Source: Alphaproteobacteria bacterium
GTDB taxonomy: Bacteria > Pseudomonadota > Alphaproteobacteria > UBA7887
DNA length: 64,000 bases
Direction: 5' to 3'
NCBI GenBank assembly: GCA_965216755.1
Contig: CBDCGL010000011.1
Coordinates: 4,064,001 to 4,128,000, forward strand
Shown here: positions 1 through 10,683 of the stretch, piece by piece
Layout: every line of letters starts with the position of its first letter
Position numbering within the stretch: position 1 is the first letter of the stretch
Notes under the pieces: generated by a model
The model's input: only the letters and a program-made list of their open reading frames with translations
What the model was told of the DNA's origin: nothing
The model's database searches: none
Position numbers and translations under genes: made by a program

Positions 1-2
1 GC

Positions 3-458
3 AGCTTGTATGCGGCATTCTCCGGCAAACGGGATTTGTTTCTCGCCGCGTTGCGGTACTATGACCAGCAACATCGCGATCGATATCTTGCTGACCTGGC
101 GACCACGTTGCCGCCGAAAGCGGCGATTGTGGCCGCGTTCGAAGCCGCGGCCCAACAAACGGAATTGGCCGATACCCCATCGGGGTGTTTGCTCGTCAAT
201 ACGGCGTTGGAGGTGTCGTCGCACGATCGCGAAGTGCGCGATCTTGTGAAGCGGGCACTGCAAGAGGTCGAGGGTTTTTTCTTTGACATGATTGGGGCTG
301 CCCGCGGGGCGGGGACGCTGCAGACAGTTTGCGAACCGCGAGCCATGGCGCGCGCACTGCTCGGATTGTTTCTCGGCCTGCGCGTGCTTGCCCGCTCGGG
401 CACGGATCGGGCGGTGCGCGATGCTGTCGTGGCGCAGGCCAAGGCGATGTTGGGCTGA
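3..458 (+). CDS. TetR/AcrR family transcriptional regulator (5' end outside window)
   Basis: SLYAAFSGKRDLF is the end of the HTH; GCLLVNTALE is a typical C-terminal TetR motif. Confidence 0.85.
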   Translation, partial: SLYAAFSGKRDLFLAALRYYDQQHRDRYLADLATTLPPKAAIVAAFEAAAQQTELADTPSGCLLVNTALEVSSHDREVRDLVKRALQEVEGFFFDMIGAARGAGTLQTVCEPRAMARALLGLFLGLRVLARSGTDRAVRDAVVAQAKAMLG

Positions 459-649
459 CGGCTTCGTTTGAGGTTTATGGAGCGCTTGATTTCGTAGAAC
501 CTGCATGGCCAAGACGGCTGGTGTCCGCATGCGAAGTGCTGTCTGCCCGTGGGGCCCTGTGGCCGTTGGTCAAGCGCTGTCCGGCGGCGCCAATCGGCCG
601 GCACGCACCGGCCGCCGCAAAAAGATCCCAAAGGCACTGCCCATCACGG

Positions 650-1200
650 TCCAAAGTAAAAAAACGGATAGTGCAGGCATTGTTGTTGCGACAAGGGCTG
701 TCAAGACCCCGCAAAAGCACCAGCCGCGAGAGGCAAGAGAAATAGCGCCTTGGTTCCCGGAAGGGGCTTATCACGCAGATCGGCAAAGTGTTGACGCGCC
801 GCCGCTTGGAAATCGCCGCGGTTTCGAATGGTGGCCCAGGCCGCGCCTGCTAAGCGGTTCATGGCCGCCCATGGAAAATCGGACCGCGCCGACGTCGTTC
901 TCGCTGAATGACTGTTCTTGCAGCTCGCGAATATTGCGGATGAGCGACCTATACATTGGTTCTCGACGCGGCGCCCGGCGCAGCGTTTTGGCTTCATGTT
1001 CATCAGATGCCGTCTTGCCGTGGAAGAGATCAGCTAGCCCCACAGCAAACCCAGCCTCGGCTAGGGACGCCGCGTAGGATCTGAAGGAATTCGTGAGACC
1101 CCACCAATGAATCACCAAAACACAACGGGGTTTCGTCCCGACGAAAAAGAAATTTCCAAGCTAGCCATCTGCAATTCCTCACACGGCCAAATGTCGGCAT
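650..1200 (-). pseudogene. Degraded dienelactone hydrolase family gene
   Basis: VIHWWGL...LAEAGFAVGLADLFHGKTA and FSMGG nucleophile-elbow motifs; later motifs (HFAD, PGTK, TIRFF) are scattered over other frames; boundaries approximate. Confidence 0.6.
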
Positions 1201-1533
1201 GGTGTCTTGCTGCTTGACCAAGGCGAGAGATCGCCCATAGATGTTGACCGCAGGTCGGATCTCACGGCCAAATCGCTCACGCAAAGATAGCACGACGCAT
1301 CCGAGCGAGCTTTCTGGCGCTCGGCTCTTTCGTGAAGATTGGACAAATCTCGCTGTGTTCGCTCCGCCACCGATCTCCGCCTCGTTGCGGCAAACAGCAT
1401 GGTGCATCAATCAAAAGCATTGCCACGAAACAAGTCGCGCGCCCCCGCCCTCGCACAGGTCTCAAATTGGCGCGCTGACACCTAAACCGCTATCATTTGG
1501 GCGCGAGGTTCGCCGGGCGTTGGCCCAAAATTC

Positions 1534-2844
1534 ATGCAATGGAAGGTCGAAATGGGGGCTCGGGCTGAAATTGTAGCACCTGTCGGCTTGTGGCCGACCT
1601 TGCGCGCGCTGGGGCCGGGCCTGGTCGTCGCACTGACTTGGCTGGGCGCGGGCGACTTGGTCGATTCCGCGGTTGCCGGCGGCAACTACGGCTATAGCCT
1701 AATGTGGGCAATGGTCGCCGCCTTGGTTGTCCGGTTTTTCTTCGTCTCGATCATTGCTAAATATCAGCTGTGCAACCAGCATGGCGAAAGCATTCTGTCG
1801 GGTCTTAAGCGTCTACATCCATGGCTGCCGATTTTTGTCGGCGCGGTGGCGCTATTCTTCGGCCATTTCTATGGCTCATATATGGTCAAGGGTGTCGGTG
1901 AGGCGACAACCAAGTTGCTTGGTTTCGGTGCACCGCTGCTATGGTCGACTGTTTGGGTCATTGTGGCAGCCGCCCTGCTTTTTCGTGGCGCGTTTCGGCC
2001 CATCGAGCGACTGTTTCACGTCTTCTTGGCAATCCTGGTCGCATCGCTGGTGGGCGTGGCGATTTGGGCCGGGACCGATCCCGTTGCTATTGGTCGGGGT
2101 GTCTTATTTTTCGACGTTCCCGAGCAAAACGGTCCGTACACGGCTGTGCTCGTCGTCGTGTCGCTGATCGGCGCGGTTGGCGGTTCGATCGCCAACCTAC
2201 TCTATCCGTATTTCCTGCAGCAAAAGGGCTGGCAGGGCCCCCGGTTCCGCCGATTACAACTGCTTGACTTGGCGCTCGGCACGATTGTTCTCGTGTTTCT
2301 CAATTTGTCGGTGTGGACAATCGGCGCCGAAATCCTTCACCCGCGTGGCGTCGTCATCGCCAGCTTGGATGACCTCACCAGCCTATTGACTCTGACATTG
2401 GGCGATTGGGGTGGACCCATATTCTATCTGGGCGTGTTTGCCGCGCTCTATAGCTCGGTGATTGGGGCGGCAATCGGCTACGGTTATCTGTGTACGGATG
2501 TGGTCGCGGTGCATCGCGCACCCGCGGCGGTGCGTGCCGAGCGGCTGAATGTTGGCAACTCACGCGTATATCGCGCTGTTGCCGCGTGGTGTTTGTTCTC
2601 GCCGCTGGTTTGGAGCCTGCCCGGCATGCCTGGGTTCATTACTTTGACGGTGGTTGCCAACGCTGCCGCTGTGATCGTGTTGCCGATCCTGTGCGTGAGC
2701 TTGTGGCTTTTGACCTCGCGCGCGGCTTTTATCGGCCGCGACTACCGCAACACAATGTGGGATAATGCGGTTATGGCTGGGCTGTTCCTTTTATCGGTTT
2801 GGGGCGCCTGGCAGTCGGCTGTGGCGATCGTGGACATGATCTGA
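1534..2844 (+). CDS. Nramp-related (APC superfamily) membrane transporter
   Basis: GPGLVVALTWLGAGD...GGNYGYSLMWA N-terminus; about 11 hydrophobic segments; canonical DPGN motif absent. Confidence 0.8.
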   Translation: MQWKVEMGARAEIVAPVGLWPTLRALGPGLVVALTWLGAGDLVDSAVAGGNYGYSLMWAMVAALVVRFFFVSIIAKYQLCNQHGESILSGLKRLHPWLPIFVGAVALFFGHFYGSYMVKGVGEATTKLLGFGAPLLWSTVWVIVAAALLFRGAFRPIERLFHVFLAILVASLVGVAIWAGTDPVAIGRGVLFFDVPEQNGPYTAVLVVVSLIGAVGGSIANLLYPYFLQQKGWQGPRFRRLQLLDLALGTIVLVFLNLSVWTIGAEILHPRGVVIASLDDLTSLLTLTLGDWGGPIFYLGVFAALYSSVIGAAIGYGYLCTDVVAVHRAPAAVRAERLNVGNSRVYRAVAAWCLFSPLVWSLPGMPGFITLTVVANAAAVIVLPILCVSLWLLTSRAAFIGRDYRNTMWDNAVMAGLFLLSVWGAWQSAVAIVDMI

Positions 2845-2955
2845 CGATGGAAACCCACGGCCGTCCTCGCTTACGGTGAAGCGCAAACCACGCCGCGGTC
2901 GGTTCCGGTCACCATTGCTGTGCGGGCTCAGGGCGGGAATGACAGGGAGGATGCC

Positions 2956-4080
2956 ATGAGCCGTTCCACAGGTATGTCTAAAGCCTCGCCGACAGCCAAA
3001 TCGCGGCGCGGATTTCTCAAAGGTGCCGTTGCCGGTACCGCGGCGGCCAGCACGCTGGCGGCGCCGGCGATCGCCGCCGATAAGATTAGCTGGAAGTTGA
3101 TCACCACCTGGCCAAAGAACTTTCCTGGCGTCGGGATTGCCGCGCAGCGTATCGCCGATCGCATTACCGCGATGTCAGACGGTCAATTGGAGGTGAAGCT
3201 GTTCGCCGCGGGCGAATTGGTTCCCGCTTTCGAGCTGTTTGACGCGGTCCGCGACGGTATCGCCCAATGTGGACATGACGCACCCTATTATTGGGTGGCG
3301 AAGCACAAGGCGGCGGCATTTTTTTGCACCGTGCCGGGCGGTCTGACGCCAACCGAGCAGATCGGCTGGATCCAACATGGTGGTGGACAGGCTTTGTGGG
3401 ACGAGCTTTACGGCCGGTTCGGTTTGCGCGCTTGGATGGCCGGCAATGCCGGCATGCAGTTCATGGGTTGGTTCAAGAACCAGATCAACTCACTAGCCGA
3501 TCTGCAAGGGCTAAAGATCCGGATGGCTGGTTTGCACGCAGAGGTCTTTAACCGGCTCGGTGCCACGACGATCAATCTTCCCGGCGGTGAAGTGGTGCCG
3601 GCGCTTCAAACCGGCGTTATCGACGCCGCCGAATGGGGTGGACCATGGATGGATGTCGCATTCGGCATCCACAAGATTGTCAGGCATTGCTATGGCCCCA
3701 GCGCCCATGAACCCGGCGCGACGCTTTCGCTTGTGGTCAACCGAGAAGCCTATGATGAACTGCCGAAGCACTTGCAACGGATCGTCCAGCATGCGGCCGA
3801 GGTCCAGGTCATGGATACGCTTGGCGAATTCAACGCCTTTAACGCGTCGTCCTTGGAAACACTTGGCAGCGAATATGGTATTTCGCCCGCAGTTTTCCCT
3901 GATGATGTGCTGAATGCTTGGTTCGAAAAAAGCGCCGAAGTTGTCGCGGAAGCAGCCGAACAGGATGATCTGGCCAAGCGCATTTTTGACAGCTGGTCCC
4001 AGTATCGACAGCGGGCCATGGCGCTTGCGCCCTATGCCGACTACGGGTTTATGCAGGCTCGCCAACGCGCCGACGCATAG
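2956..4080 (+). CDS. TRAP transporter substrate-binding protein (DctP/TakP-like) with Tat signal
   Basis: SRRGFLK twin-arginine signal; WKLITTWPKNFPG, GLKIRM and ALQTGVIDAAEW motifs; GGAGG RBS. Confidence 0.9.
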   Translation: MSRSTGMSKASPTAKSRRGFLKGAVAGTAAASTLAAPAIAADKISWKLITTWPKNFPGVGIAAQRIADRITAMSDGQLEVKLFAAGELVPAFELFDAVRDGIAQCGHDAPYYWVAKHKAAAFFCTVPGGLTPTEQIGWIQHGGGQALWDELYGRFGLRAWMAGNAGMQFMGWFKNQINSLADLQGLKIRMAGLHAEVFNRLGATTINLPGGEVVPALQTGVIDAAEWGGPWMDVAFGIHKIVRHCYGPSAHEPGATLSLVVNREAYDELPKHLQRIVQHAAEVQVMDTLGEFNAFNASSLETLGSEYGISPAVFPDDVLNAWFEKSAEVVAEAAEQDDLAKRIFDSWSQYRQRAMALAPYADYGFMQARQRADA

Positions 4081-4130
4081 TGCACGTCCCTGAAACGCGC
4101 TTATCTCTGCCATTTGTATGAATAGGACTA

Positions 4131-4145
4131 TTCACTCTGCGTTAA
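4131..4145 (+). promoter_or_regulatory. Possible CtrA box
   Basis: TTCA-N7-TTAA, one mismatch to TTAA-N7-TTAA, upstream of a chemoreceptor gene. Confidence 0.3.
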
Positions 4146-4217
4146 GCGTAACCCCATATCGTATGTGGCAATCCAGGGGCGGCGATGCGCTCCCAATGCA
4201 GCGGTGAACTGGTCTCC

Positions 4218-5570
4218 ATGACAAACGATACAAGCTTGGCGGAACGCCTAGATTTTCTCGCGCTCGACGAAAAACAAATCCAACATATCCGGGCCGTGCA
4301 ATCAGAAGTTGCCGCGGCGCTTCCGGGCGTTCTGGAAAAATTCTATCAACATATCTCGCGATATGCCCATACGTCGTCCTTCTTTGATGATTCCGGGCAT
4401 ATGGCGTCGGCGAAGCAGGCGCAGATCACGCATTGGTCGCGTATTGCCGCCGGCGCCTTCGACAGCCAATACGAATCGTCGGTGTTGGCGATCGGCAAAA
4501 CGCACAATCGGATCAAGCTTGAACCCCGCTGGTACATAGGTGGCTACGCCCATATCACCGCCGATTTGCTGTCGGCCCTTGCGGATCGCATGCTGGACGA
4601 CGCGGCGATCGACCCGGAACAGCTGGCGGCCTATAAGGGCACGATTGGGGCGCTTGTCAAAGCCGTGTTTCTGGACATGGATCTGGCAATTTCCACTTAC
4701 TTGGCCGACGAGAAAGTTGAATTTGCCGGAAAAATGGAACGTCTGACGGATCATTTTGATGCCAACATATCCGAGTTCATCAAGGACGTCGGCGGCGCGT
4801 CAGAATCGCTGAGCACAACAAGTGAAAGCTTGGCCGGGCTGGCACAAACCGGCTTGGATCAGGCCGAGACGCTGGCGGGTGCTGCCGAAACAGCCGCGAC
4901 GAACGTAAATGCGGTCGCGTCGGCGGCCGAAGAAATGTCGGCTTCGATGAACGAGATCAACGTTCAAGTCACGAAATCGAACGAAATTGCGCGCGATGCG
5001 GTGGATAAGTCAGAGATGGCGTCAGAGGCCATTTCGAACCTGCAAGATAACGCGGAAAAGATCGACGAAGTCATAACCCTCATTCAAACGATCTCCGAGC
5101 AGACCAATCTTCTCGCCCTGAACGCAACGATCGAGGCGGCACGCGCTGGTGAAGCCGGTAAAGGTTTTGCCGTCGTCGCGCAGGAAGTGAAGAACCTTGC
5201 ATCGCAGGCGCGCAATGCAACGTCTGATATTTCCGGTCAGATCAACGCAACACGCGACGCCATATTGTCGTCGGTTGAAATCATTGCCGATGTCCGTAGT
5301 ACCATTAAGAACATCGAAGAGGCGTCTTTGACGATCTCATCGGCGATGGAAGAGCAAGGGGCCGCGATCCAGGAAATCGTCAGCAGTACCCATAACGCCG
5401 CACAAAGCGCCAATGAGGTTTCGTCGACGGCAACAGCGATGTCTGAAAACTCGAACACAACGCAGTCGACATCCGAAATCGTTCGTACGGCAGCGCAAGA
5501 CTTGGCCGGTAAGAATTTGCAAATGCGCGGCGAGGTTGAAACTTTCTTGGCAAACGCCAAAACAATGTAA
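4218..5570 (+). CDS. Globin-coupled sensor / soluble methyl-accepting chemotaxis protein (HemAT-like)
   Basis: N-terminal sensor globin ([25 protein letters not shown]); MCP tip [27 protein letters not shown]; no TM segment. Confidence 0.92.
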   Translation: MTNDTSLAERLDFLALDEKQIQHIRAVQSEVAAALPGVLEKFYQHISRYAHTSSFFDDSGHMASAKQAQITHWSRIAAGAFDSQYESSVLAIGKTHNRIKLEPRWYIGGYAHITADLLSALADRMLDDAAIDPEQLAAYKGTIGALVKAVFLDMDLAISTYLADEKVEFAGKMERLTDHFDANISEFIKDVGGASESLSTTSESLAGLAQTGLDQAETLAGAAETAATNVNAVASAAEEMSASMNEINVQVTKSNEIARDAVDKSEMASEAISNLQDNAEKIDEVITLIQTISEQTNLLALNATIEAARAGEAGKGFAVVAQEVKNLASQARNATSDISGQINATRDAILSSVEIIADVRSTIKNIEEASLTISSAMEEQGAAIQEIVSSTHNAAQSANEVSSTATAMSENSNTTQSTSEIVRTAAQDLAGKNLQMRGEVETFLANAKTM

Positions 5571-5586
5571 ATAAGGGAGCTGGCTT

Positions 5587-5943
5587 ATGACCAAGCGATG
5601 CCTGATAGTCGACGATGTGGAAGTGAGCCGCTTCACGGGCCGCATGTATCTTGAAGAACTCGGTTACGCGGTCGACGAGGCGTCAGACGGCGCCGGCGCC
5701 CGCGCGATGTGGTCGCGCAACACATATGATGTTGTCTTGTTGGACTGGAATCTCAAAAAACGAAAAAGCGACGGCCTTTTGGAAGAGCTTAAGACATCCA
5801 GTCACGGTGCCGGGACCCGCGTCATCGTGTTTTCCGGTGTCGAGGAAGGCGAGGCCATCGCTGAGATAAAACGCCTGGGCGCCGACGGTTTTCTGTCAAA
5901 ACCGACGACGAAGGAAAAGCTTGTGCAGCAGCTCAACGGCTGA
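5587..5943 (+). CDS. Single-domain response regulator (CheY-like)
   Basis: LIVDD, DVVLLDW, VIVFSG and FLSKP receiver motifs; GGGAG RBS directly after the MCP. Confidence 0.9.
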   Translation: MTKRCLIVDDVEVSRFTGRMYLEELGYAVDEASDGAGARAMWSRNTYDVVLLDWNLKKRKSDGLLEELKTSSHGAGTRVIVFSGVEEGEAIAEIKRLGADGFLSKPTTKEKLVQQLNG

Positions 5944-6023
5944 CGTCGGCCGCTTGGAACGGGTCCGGGTCATGTGCGCCTGGGCCCGAGCGCACGAACT
6001 ATTCGCGACAGCAAGCGCCGCCA

Positions 6024-8819
6024 TTAGGCGGCGTATTTTTGTAAGACATCTTTGACGGCGTCATACGCGTCGGGGAACGACGCGTAAACTTTTCTCGCTG
6101 TGGCCGAATCTTGTGTTTTGCCGGCATGCTCCATCTCTTTTGCCATGGCAGATAATGCCTCGGCACCGGCTTGTGCAGCCACTGATTTGAGTGCGTGGGC
6201 ATGCTCGGCCAGAGATTCGAGGTCGTCGTCGGCCATGGATGCTTCTATGCCCGCGAAGAACTCGTCCATGTTTGCCAATGTCAATGCGGCAAATTTTTGT
6301 GCTTTGTCGGGAGCATTCTCTTTAAGACCGTCTAGGAATGCTGTGTCGACAGCGTTTGTCGGCGCACCAGACGCGATTGGTGTTTCGGGCGCGCATGGTT
6401 TGCTACGCGGAGAACCAGCTGTCAGATGTTTGCGTAGGATTGTCTGTAGAGCGATTGGGTCGACCGGTTTGGCGGCAAAGTCATTCATGCCGGCGGCCAA
6501 GCAATTGTGCCTGTCTGTTTCGGATGCGTTAGCCGTCAGTGCGACGATCGGTGTCGTCGGGTCGGACGCGCGAATCTTGCGGGTTGCCGCGAGGCCATCC
6601 ATCACGGGCATGCGCATATCCATAAGCACCAAATCAAAGCTGGTGGACAAGACCATGTCGCAGGCTTCCGCACCGTTGCTTGCCTGGACAACCGAACAGC
6701 CCATGCGCTCCAACATGTCCGTGATAATGAACCGGTTGACTTCGATGTCTTCCACGACCAAGACACGGCCTGAAAATGATCCGTCGGCGCGCGTTTCATT
6801 TGGTGTTGGCACCGTGGCCGCATAGTCGGTTTCGCTGACAATAGGCAGCGTTAACGTATACCAGAACGTACTACCTTCGCCGGGCGAACTGCAAAAGTCG
6901 ATCCGGCCGCCCATGGACTCGACGAGCGATTTGCAGATGGCGAGGCCCAAACCGCTGCCACCGTCGGCGTGCAGCGTATTGGTATTGGCCTGCATGAATT
7001 CTTGGAACACGATGCCGTGCTGGTCGGTCGGGATGCCGATGCCGGTATCGGCAACGCGGCAGATCAGGGTGACGTTATTCTTGTCCCTAGGATTCGCCGT
7101 TACCGACACCGCGACCGTGCCGTGTTCGGTGAACTTTATGGCGTTGGCGACGAGATTGCTGGTGACTTGCCGAATTCGGTTGCGGTCGCCACAAACATAG
7201 GCGGGCAGCTGTTTATCCAAATCGATCGTTAGATCCAGATTTTTGTGCGCCGCCTGTGCGTGATGGAGGTTGTATACACGATCGAATAGTTCGAACAATG
7301 GGAATGGCGTGGCGGTGGTTTTGAACTTGCCCGCCTCGATTCGCGAAATATCCAGAATGTCGTTGAGTAGGACCAGAAGGTTTTCGCCCGACTCTTTCAT
7401 TGTCGCGACATAGCCTTGTTGCTTCGTGTCAAGGTCAGTCTTGCGTATCAAATGCGCCGTGCCAATGATGCCATTCAAAGGCGTTCGGATTTCGTGGCTC
7501 ATATTGGCCAAAAATGAGTCTTTGGCCCGTGACGCCTGCCGTGCCCGATCGCGCTCGCGTGTCAGCTCGCGTTCATGCTCTTTGATAGTTGTCATCATGC
7601 GGCGCAGTGCGCGCGCCAGGGCGCCGATCTCATCTCTGCGTTTTGTCGGTAGCATCGGACTGATTTCGCCGTCGCCGAAGCCCGTGACGGCGCCGATGAT
7701 CAAATTCAGGGGCCGCGTGAGCAGGAGGGCGACAACAATTGCCAATGCGATGCCGAGCGAGGTCAGGGCGGCGGTGATCGCGAACGCGGCGTTGCGCAAT
7801 TCGTAGAGCGCTGCGAACGCTTCCTTTTTTGTCGTCGCGTGAATGACGTTCAAGTGGCTTTGCGGCTGTTCGGGGTCATAGCGGATGCGCCAAGCTTCCA
7901 GGAAATTGTTCTCTTGCTGGAGGGTGGCGCTGTCGCTGCCGCCAATCCCGAACACGTCGAGAGCATTTTGCCTTACGAACGTGTTAAGAGATGGAAACCG
8001 ATCTTGGATGCGAATTTTTTGGCCGTATTCGAAGGCAAACCGTAGGCTTTTGTTGCTGTGATACAGAAAATCGCCGTTACTGTTGGTCACATAAACTTTG
8101 CCGCGCCCGAGTGACGATTGCCCCAGCCGCTCCAGGGTCTCGGCCATGCCGACATTGATGACCACAATTCCTTCGACTTTGCCCGTGTCGGCAAAGATCG
8201 GGATGCCACCCCGCAGCACTGGCTGGTGTGGCAGTGCGATTTGGCCAAACTCGCGGTTGAGGTTGATTTCAGAAAAATAGATCTGTCCCGGATGCAGCCG
8301 CACCGTTTCTTTGAAATAGGGTCGGTTCGCCTTTCTCTGCAGAAGCTTGTGCGGCTGGATCCGGACGGGCCCATTCTCGTGTGACCTTTCGACCCGTACC
8401 AACTCGCGACCGCCGTCTCGGGCGCTGATCAAGCGTACTTGCAGATAGGATGGTTTGGTCTCTAGAAACCGGCGAAAGATCTGAGTCAGCTGCGGTTGCG
8501 ATTGTACGTCAAACTGCGCATGCGGGGCGTCATTGTCCGCGCCATCCTCCGCCTCAAAACCTGTGAGAGCCGGCAGGCTGGCGAGAAAATTCAGATCGCG
8601 ACGAAGTTCGGTCATGCTCGACTGAAACGCAAATTGTTCGCGCAACACGCTTTGCGATCCGGCATGGACATATTGATCGACAATGCGAGAGCTGTTGGTG
8701 TAGACGCCGAGGCCAACACTCGCACCAGTTAGTAGGATCGCCAATGCGGCGACCATAATGATCTTAATAGTAAGTCCGCTTAGAGGCGGCTGTTTGATTG
8801 GCGTCGGCGATTCAGCCAC
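6024..8819 (-). CDS. Hybrid sensor histidine kinase (periplasmic sensor-HAMP-HisKA-HATPase-REC-HPt)
   Basis: Two TM segments; FLANMSHEIRTPLNG H-box; NAIKFT, DTGIG and GSGLGL boxes; DLVLMDMRMP receiver; AHALKS HPt. Confidence 0.93.
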   Translation of the reverse strand: MAESPTPIKQPPLSGLTIKIIMVAALAILLTGASVGLGVYTNSSRIVDQYVHAGSQSVLREQFAFQSSMTELRRDLNFLASLPALTGFEAEDGADNDAPHAQFDVQSQPQLTQIFRRFLETKPSYLQVRLISARDGGRELVRVERSHENGPVRIQPHKLLQRKANRPYFKETVRLHPGQIYFSEINLNREFGQIALPHQPVLRGGIPIFADTGKVEGIVVINVGMAETLERLGQSSLGRGKVYVTNSNGDFLYHSNKSLRFAFEYGQKIRIQDRFPSLNTFVRQNALDVFGIGGSDSATLQQENNFLEAWRIRYDPEQPQSHLNVIHATTKKEAFAALYELRNAAFAITAALTSLGIALAIVVALLLTRPLNLIIGAVTGFGDGEISPMLPTKRRDEIGALARALRRMMTTIKEHERELTRERDRARQASRAKDSFLANMSHEIRTPLNGIIGTAHLIRKTDLDTKQQGYVATMKESGENLLVLLNDILDISRIEAGKFKTTATPFPLFELFDRVYNLHHAQAAHKNLDLTIDLDKQLPAYVCGDRNRIRQVTSNLVANAIKFTEHGTVAVSVTANPRDKNNVTLICRVADTGIGIPTDQHGIVFQEFMQANTNTLHADGGSGLGLAICKSLVESMGGRIDFCSSPGEGSTFWYTLTLPIVSETDYAATVPTPNETRADGSFSGRVLVVEDIEVNRFIITDMLERMGCSVVQASNGAEACDMVLSTSFDLVLMDMRMPVMDGLAATRKIRASDPTTPIVALTANASETDRHNCLAAGMNDFAAKPVDPIALQTILRKHLTAGSPRSKPCAPETPIASGAPTNAVDTAFLDGLKENAPDKAQKFAALTLANMDEFFAGIEASMADDDLESLAEHAHALKSVAAQAGAEALSAMAKEMEHAGKTQDSATARKVYASFPDAYDAVKDVLQKYAA

Positions 8820-8905
8820 GACCCGATCACTCCAACAAACTGCTCGGTTTTTTCAAGCAGATATGCTGGCAGGAATTTGCTAAGATCGGGTTAGGGTTGG
8901 CGGCA

Positions 8906-9903
8906 TCAAAGGGCCAGAACCGAAGCCACCAGCGGCATGCCGGAACCGAGCGCGTTCCACTCGGCGTTGGCACCGACCCGCCACAACTCGCCGGTGTCGG
9001 TCCCGACGATAACACCGCCCGGAATATCGGGATCAGGCGCGAGTCCATGGAAATTGGCCCGCGACGGCGTGTGCGCGGGATCGCAGAGCGAATGCCAGGT
9101 GGCGCAATCGTCATTGGATCGGAACAGCATCGCTTGCGCGCCACTTTCGTCATCAAACTTTGCGAACGCCGACGGTGCGCTCGCCACCGTGACGCCGTGC
9201 GGCGGGCGTGGATCGACACATAGTGGTCGCGTGTAACGCGGCGTTATCCCTGTCCACACATATGACCAGGTTTTGCCGTGATCGCCCGATCGATAGAGGC
9301 CGGCATTACCCTCGGTCCGTTCGGCCTCGCCGAACAGACGGCCATAGCCAGTCGAGGCGTACAAGATCTCCGGTCGTGATGGATGGGCGAACATCATATG
9401 CAAATCCGGGTTGCCGCCCGGTACGTCGAGCTGCCAGGAATTGCCGGCGTCGATTGATTGCATGATCCCGCCCACTTCGACGCCAACCCAAAGGCGGCGC
9501 GGGTCGTCGCGGTCGATAATCAGGGCACGCGCGCGCGCTTCGCGGCGGGGTGTAACCGGCAGACACCAGTCCGTCGCCGCGGGGTATTGGCTGAACGAAG
9601 TGACTTCGCGCCAGCTGGTGCAAAATCGGTGCTTTGGAACAGGCCGGCGGGCTGGGTCGCGGCGTAGAGGGTGCCGTCGCGTCCGCCCCGGATCTGCCAC
9701 ACTTCTCGATCGTCCAGGCCCGCCGTGGACCAGTTATCGCCGCTGTCATCCGTGATAAAGAGACCCGTGTCAGTGCCGGCGAAAATCCGGCCGTCGGAAC
9801 GAACAAGATCGCGCACGCAGCGGCTTTCCAATACGCGGCGCGTGCCTTGAGCATCCACCGCGTAGACGCCTTCGCTGGTTCCCGCAAGGATCGTCATGGT
9901 CAT
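8906..9903 (-). pseudogene. BNR/Asp-box beta-propeller protein (glycosyl hydrolase-like), frameshifted near 9620
   Basis: SxDxGxxW Asp-box repeats in two overlapping frames (TDDSGDNW; SIDAGNSW, SGDHGKTW, SNDDCATW); frame breaks inside STDF/TSW. Confidence 0.75.
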
Positions 9904-10099
9904 CTCCGTTCCGCGCGGCAAGGTTTCTGTGCGCCGCATAATCGTACCGCATCAGACGACAAGGGTGCGAACTTTCGCCACCCCGCTTCCGCTTTCGAGG
10001 TCCCGCCGGAAGGATATCCATCCTAGAACATTGCCATTTACAAGAAAAACTGAAATAGTCACGCCAACTATTATTGGGGTTGACAAACTCAAGAGCAAC

Positions 10100-10678
10100 A
10101 TGTCTGAAGTTCTGGCGGCATTACAGCGCGATCACATCAACATGGCGGCTTTACTCAATGTGCTTGACCGCCAGTTTGGCAACATCAGCCGGGCGGACGT
10201 GGTTGATTGGGAAGTCGTTGACCTGATTCTCGGCTATTTGGAACGCTACGCAGATCAATGTCATCATCCGACGGAAGATCTGATCTATGAAGCCTTGACC
10301 GAACGGCGGGTTGTGATTGGCGAATATATACGTGATCTCCGCGCCGATCATGCGGATTTGTCGCGTCTGACTCAAGAGTTGCATAACGCGGTTGCCGATG
10401 TCTCGCGCGGCTCCGTTTCCGCAGGTGATAATTTAGCGACGAGAGCTAACCGTTTTCTCAAAGTTTATCGTCGCCATATGGAACTTGAGGACACACTTCT
10501 TTTTCCGGCGGCGCGCGAGAAGCTAAGTGACCAGGATTGGGCCGATGTCGACGCGCGTGCCTTGGTGCGGGCGGAACCCGCTTTCGCAAAAAACGTCCAA
10601 GCCCGATTTCTAGCTTTACGGGATTACATCCATACGCTGGAGCGAATCAACTTGGCGCAGGCCGCGGCGGCCGATTGA
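10100..10678 (+). CDS. Hemerythrin-like (HHE) domain protein
   Basis: LQRDH, HHPTEDLIY, DHADL and HMELEDTLLFP ligand pattern. Confidence 0.88.
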   Translation: MSEVLAALQRDHINMAALLNVLDRQFGNISRADVVDWEVVDLILGYLERYADQCHHPTEDLIYEALTERRVVIGEYIRDLRADHADLSRLTQELHNAVADVSRGSVSAGDNLATRANRFLKVYRRHMELEDTLLFPAAREKLSDQDWADVDARALVRAEPAFAKNVQARFLALRDYIHTLERINLAQAAAAD

Positions 10679-10683
10679 AACCG

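Noticed and set aside
10080-10092. FNR/FixK box before the hemerythrin gene
   Set aside because: TTGA-N5-TCAA has the wrong spacing (N6 needed) and sits too close to the start codon
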